Program-made: the position numbers and the translations under genes
Shown: piece after piece, positions 7,285 to 10,908 of the stretch
How positions within the stretch are numbered: the first letter of the stretch is position 1
Layout: each line of letters opens with the position of its first letter
Notes under the pieces: generated by a model
Database searches by the model: none
What the model saw: only the letters and a program-made list of their open reading frames with translations
What the model was told of the DNA's origin: nothing
Assembly: GCA_043750125.1 (NCBI GenBank)
Contig: JAYVCD010000089.1
Location: 1 to 10,908 of the forward strand
DNA from: Archangiaceae bacterium
GTDB lineage: Bacteria; Myxococcota; Myxococcia; Myxococcales; Myxococcaceae
Direction: 5' to 3'
DNA: 10,908 nucleotides

Positions 7285-8189
7285 TTGGGCGTTTCGAAGA
7301 GGCGCGTTCCTGCCCATTGAGGATCAGGAAACGTTGAGCCTCGGCGAGGGGAACGAACGACGGACGGGCACGCAGGTGCCGGGGTGGGTCGGGTTTTCGG
7401 GGCCTTGATTGGCTCTGAACGGGGGCGGCTGAAGCGGAACGTTGGAGTGTTCCTTTTCCACCTCTGAAGCTTGCCCTCGCCGCGCAACGCAGTGCCTGGC
7501 TGATTGGCGAGCTCGGGGGTTCCGGAACACCAGAAAGGGACTTCGACTGAGGCCGCGGCGACAAATGCGGAGTTCCCATCGAGCATTTCGTTACTGGGGT
7601 AAATTCTACCGCGCTTTCCCGCTTTCCGGGGCCACATTGCCCCAGTCGCCTGGTCTTGCATCGGGCGACCGGACGACTGGCCTGCCAGCGCCCCAATGCC
7701 CCTATTTATTCAATGCCCGCACTGTGAAGCTCGGAAAACCCCGGGGCGATCGCCCAGCTCACCAGCGTCCGTCGCCAGCACCTTCCGAGACCGGCGCAAC
7801 TGTCCGCCCTGAGCGTGGTGCTGCGACTTCGCCTCTCAAGAATTCGCAGCTGCCGGTCCCCATGAAGGACACCCAAGCACGAACCTCGGGAACCCAGGGC
7901 AGCGCGATTCTGGCGATGATCGTGGGTCGGCCGACGACGCGCGCAGCGCCCCACACCGCGGGGTCCGACGGGCTCGTGCGCCAGCCCACCAGCCGGGCCG
8001 CGCGAGGTCCGCAACGCAAGGCGTCGCTGACACGATGAGTTCGAGGAGCCCCCCGGGTCGGCGCGGCTGACAGGAACGTCACAGCCGGCGCTCAAATCTT
8101 CCCGGGCCGGGGCAATCGAGACAACCGAGCGACCGAAGGGCGGCAAATTTTGCAGCGCCGCTGGCCTCGAGTGCGCGTGCGCGGGTTGC

Positions 8190-8204
8190 AAAAACTGATA
8201 ACAC
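8190..8204. repeat. 15-bp direct repeat AAAAACTGATAACAC, copy 2 (putative mutS2 promoter core)
   Basis: Exact match to 6886-6900; ends 10 nt before the mutS2 ATG, which has no SD. Confidence 0.9.
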
Positions 8205-8214
8205 CCGCCCCGCT

Positions 8215-10614
8215 ATGGACCTGTCTGACGCCACGCTGCAGGCGCTGCGCTTCGAAGAAGTGCGCATCGCGCTCGCCAGTCGCACCCGCACTGACGCGGG
8301 AAAAGCGCGCGCCCTGGTCCGGGCCTTTCTTCCGGGTCGGGCCGAAGTGCTCGAGTCGCTGGCGCTGACCGCCGAGGCGCGGATTCTTCGCACCGAGCCG
8401 CTGCTGCTTCCGTTGGGAGGGCTGACTGAAATCCGGCCTTCCCTCGAGCGGGCGTCGAAAGGCGCCCTGCTCGAGCCCCGAGAATTGATGGCGGTAACCC
8501 AGGCGCTGTTCGCCTTCGAGCGAACCGCCGAAGCACTGCAGACGCGCAAAGAACGGCTGCCCGGACTGCACGCCATCGGCAAGGCCTTGCCGGACTACGA
8601 AGCGCTCGCTACCCGCCTCGAGCGCTCGATCGAGCCGAGCGGAGAGGTCTCGGATCGTGCCAGCCCCGCCCTCAAAGAGGCACGCGACCAATCGCGCGGT
8701 CTGCACCGGTCGATCAAAGCGAAGCTCGATCGACTGCTTCACGACGAGAAGTTCGCGGCCAACCTGCGCGAGAGCTACTTCAGCGTGCGCAACGAGCGGT
8801 ACGTGGTGCCGGTGCTTGCCAGCTCTCGCGCCGAAATTCCGGGCATCGTCCACAACGCAAGCCAGTCGGGGCAGACCCTGTTCGTCGAGCCGACCGAGAT
8901 GATCGGCATCGGCAACGATCTGGCGATCGCCCAATCACTGGTGCTCGAAGAAGAGCGCAAGGTCCTCGCCGAGCTGTCTTTCCAGGTCGGCAAAGCTGCG
9001 GGCCCTCTGGCCGCCGGAATCGAAGCCTCGGCGCGTCTCGATGAGCTCGAAGCCGCGGCGAGCTTGTGCGAGGCCCTCAACGCTTCGCCGCCCGATCTGC
9101 AAGCCGCCGACGGCCCGCTCGAGCTCAAGGGCTTGCGCCACCCGCTGCTGGTCCTCAAAGGCCAGGACGTAGTCGCCAACGATCTCGAGCTTCACGAAGA
9201 GACCCGCGCCCTGGTCGTCTCGGGCCCCAACGCGGGGGGCAAGACCGTGACGCTGACCGCGGTCGGGCTGTCTGCCTTGATGGTGCGATCGGGGCTTCCG
9301 ATCGCCGCGGACCCCGGCTCGAAGCTTCCGCTTTTCAATTCGGTCCACTCGGCGATCGGAGACGCGCAGGACCTTCAGGCCGGCCTGTCGACGTTCAGCG
9401 CCCACGTGTCGATGTTGCGCGACATCTGCAAAGTGTCGCGCCGCGGCAGCCTGGTGCTCGTCGACGAGATCGCCGCCGACACCGACCCCCGCGAAGGCGC
9501 GGCCATCGCCGTGGCCGTGCTCGAAGATCTGCTCGAGCGCGGAGCGATGGTCCTCGTCACCACCCACCTCGAAGAGCTCAAAGCGCTCGCCCACCTCGAC
9601 CCCCGGTTCGTCAACGCGCGGGTGGGCTTCGATTCGCGAAAGATGGCGCCCACCTATCGGCTGCAGCTGGGCTCGGCTGGCGCTTCTTCGGCGATCGACA
9701 TCGCCCGCCGCATGGGGCTGCCCGAGACGATCTGCGTGCGCGCCACATCGCTCGCGCAGAACGCGGGCGGGGCGTTGTCGAAGGCGTTGTCTGCCGCCGA
9801 AGACGAGCGGCGCAAATATTTTGAAGCCCGTGAGAGCGCCGCCAGCGACGCCGCCGAAGCGAAGACTCTGCGTGAGCAACTTCAAGTCGAGCGCGCCGAA
9901 TTTGCCCGGACCCGCAAAGAAGACGAGCTCAAGTTCCGCACCGCGCTCAAGGCCGAGCTCGAGTTTGCCCGCGCCCAGCTTCGAGACCTGCAGACCACGC
10001 TGGCCGCCAACGAGTCGCCCAAAGCGGCGCAGAAGGCGGGCGCCGAGCTCACCGAGCGGATCAACGAGCAGACGGTCGCCGAACGCACGGCGAGGCAAGA
10101 GCTGTCGGGCGCCCCGCCGCCGGGTCCCCTCGAGCTGAAGGTCGGATCCCGCGCCCATCACAAAGGCTTCGATGCCGATGTCGAGATTCTCGAGCTCGAC
10201 GAGACCCACGCCCTGGTGGCCGCCGGAGCGCTGAAGACCCGCGTCGCGCTCGACCAACTGGGAGCTCCGACGAAGAGCAAGCTGACCAAGGCGTTTCCGA
10301 CCAACGCTGCCACCAAACAACAGGCCCAGCTCGAGAAGGCCGGGAAAGCAGCCGCGGGGACTCCGATTCAGGCCAGCCCCCGGGTCGACGTCCGGGGGAT
10401 GCGCGGCGATGAGATGGTCCGCGAGGTCGAGCAATTCCTCGATCGCACTTCCCGCACCGGCGACGACGCGGCGATCGTCCTGCACGGGCACGGTACCGGA
10501 GCGCTGAAGTCGATGCTGCGCGACTACCTCAAGCAGTCGCCGTACGTGAAGACGTTCCGCCCTGGCGAATCGCACGAGGGCGGCGACGGTGTCACCGTGG
10601 TGATGTTGCGCTGA
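8215..10614 (+). CDS. mutS2: Endonuclease MutS2 (ATPase, coiled coil, KOW-like and Smr domains)
   Basis: GIVHNASQSGQTLFVEP, LRHPLL, Walker A GPNAGGKT, LSTFSAH, DEIAADTDPREG, VTTH; Smr VDVRG...HGHGTGALK...GGDGVT; 799 aa with no MutS1 mismatch-binding domain. Confidence 0.97.
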   Translation: MDLSDATLQALRFEEVRIALASRTRTDAGKARALVRAFLPGRAEVLESLALTAEARILRTEPLLLPLGGLTEIRPSLERASKGALLEPRELMAVTQALFAFERTAEALQTRKERLPGLHAIGKALPDYEALATRLERSIEPSGEVSDRASPALKEARDQSRGLHRSIKAKLDRLLHDEKFAANLRESYFSVRNERYVVPVLASSRAEIPGIVHNASQSGQTLFVEPTEMIGIGNDLAIAQSLVLEEERKVLAELSFQVGKAAGPLAAGIEASARLDELEAAASLCEALNASPPDLQAADGPLELKGLRHPLLVLKGQDVVANDLELHEETRALVVSGPNAGGKTVTLTAVGLSALMVRSGLPIAADPGSKLPLFNSVHSAIGDAQDLQAGLSTFSAHVSMLRDICKVSRRGSLVLVDEIAADTDPREGAAIAVAVLEDLLERGAMVLVTTHLEELKALAHLDPRFVNARVGFDSRKMAPTYRLQLGSAGASSAIDIARRMGLPETICVRATSLAQNAGGALSKALSAAEDERRKYFEARESAASDAAEAKTLREQLQVERAEFARTRKEDELKFRTALKAELEFARAQLRDLQTTLAANESPKAAQKAGAELTERINEQTVAERTARQELSGAPPPGPLELKVGSRAHHKGFDADVEILELDETHALVAAGALKTRVALDQLGAPTKSKLTKAFPTNAATKQQAQLEKAGKAAAGTPIQASPRVDVRGMRGDEMVREVEQFLDRTSRTGDDAAIVLHGHGTGALKSMLRDYLKQSPYVKTFRPGESHEGGDGVTVVMLR

Positions 10615-10908
10615 TCAGCGCCGACTGCGGCCGCCGCTCTTCTTTCCGCCGAAGCCACCCTTCGGCTTCTTCTTCTTTCCGCCGGGGCCGCCGCCGCCCC
10701 CGCCCCCGCCCGAAGGCCGGCCGTGAGACGACTTTTTCCCACCGCCCGCCGCGGCGCGAAGCTTCTCGAAGCCGCGGCGCGCTCCGCCGGACCCTGCGCG
10801 CGGACGATCTGAGCCCTTGCGCTCTTCGCCCTCGCCCCCTTTGCGCGGCCCGATCGCCAGAGGCGTGAGCAGCTCGAGGTCCACCTGTCGGCGCTTGAAG
10901 TTGATCGA
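10615..10908 (-). CDS. C-terminal fragment, probably ribonuclease R (end of S1 domain plus basic tail); 5' part lies outside the window
   Basis: The frame is open to the window edge: SINFKRRQVDLELL resembles the last S1 strands of RNase R and is followed by a Gly/Lys/Arg-rich tail (GGKKKKPKGGFGGKKSGGRSRR). Only a short fragment is visible. Confidence 0.6.
   Translation of the reverse strand, partial: SINFKRRQVDLELLTPLAIGPRKGGEGEERKGSDRPRAGSGGARRGFEKLRAAAGGGKKSSHGRPSGGGGGGGGPGGKKKKPKGGFGGKKSGGRSRR

Noticed and set aside
7716..7802. Cobalamin-riboswitch-like words (GCCCGCACTGTGA, GAGACCGGC, CGCAACTGT)
   Set aside because: No properly spaced AGGGAA, GCCACTG or GGGAAG elements, and no B12-related downstream gene.
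7384..7930. GTGGGTCGG repeated at 7384 and 7922 (REP-like start) and TGATTGGC at 7406 and 7501
   Set aside because: Only two short copies each with unrelated flanks; no regular spacing for CRISPR and no REP-associated transposase.
7236..8191. ORFs 7442-8038(+), 7706-8191(-), 7759-8082(-) and 7236-7661(-)
   Set aside because: Arg/Pro/Ser/Ala-rich, no recognisable domain or clear SD, and mutually overlapping; typical GC-rich spurious ORFs, although a small gene cannot be excluded.
7285..8214. RNase P RNA, tmRNA, tRNA or retron msr-msd in the intergenic region
   Set aside because: No GAGGAAAGTCC/ACAGAA core or tRNA-like arms recognised, and no reverse transcriptase in the window.
8935..10575. 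Long antisense ORFs (also 623-1891, 2914-4086, 4797-5801, 6201-7016)
   Set aside because: Shadow frames opposite real genes, caused by GC3 bias and stop-codon scarcity.
10680..10712. CCGCCG/CCCCCG low-complexity run
   Set aside because: Encodes the poly-Gly stretch of the basic C-terminal tail on the minus strand.
1..10908. Frequent CTCGAG, CGATCG and GCGATCGC (HIP1-like) words
   Set aside because: Mostly explained by common codon pairs (CTC GAG, GCG ATC GCN); over-representation cannot be shown without a genome-wide model.

Overview
GC-rich bacterial window with Myxococcota-like gene content (inferred from the AgmX/PglI-type domain and a Cys-rich lipoprotein). The left 6.9 kb is a tightly packed minus-strand cluster: TPR protein, TPR protein with an AgmX/PglI (TonB-C-like) C-terminal domain, NamZ/DUF1343 muramidase, degenerate metallophosphoesterase-fold protein, nadD, NUDIX hydrolase, tdk, atypical UPRT, and hpt (truncated at the edge). 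Divergent from it are a Cys-rich lipoprotein, a 930-bp hairpin-rich apparently non-coding stretch and mutS2, which ends tail-to-tail with a probable RNase R C-terminus. I found no transposase, CRISPR array, tRNA or rRNA. The best leads are an exact 15-bp repeat (AAAAACTGATAACAC) bracketing the lipoprotein plus non-coding segment, an in-phase A_AAA_AAG slippery site that could fuse the phosphoesterase-fold protein to NadD, and several enzymes with altered catalytic motifs. None of these establishes a new system without comparative data.
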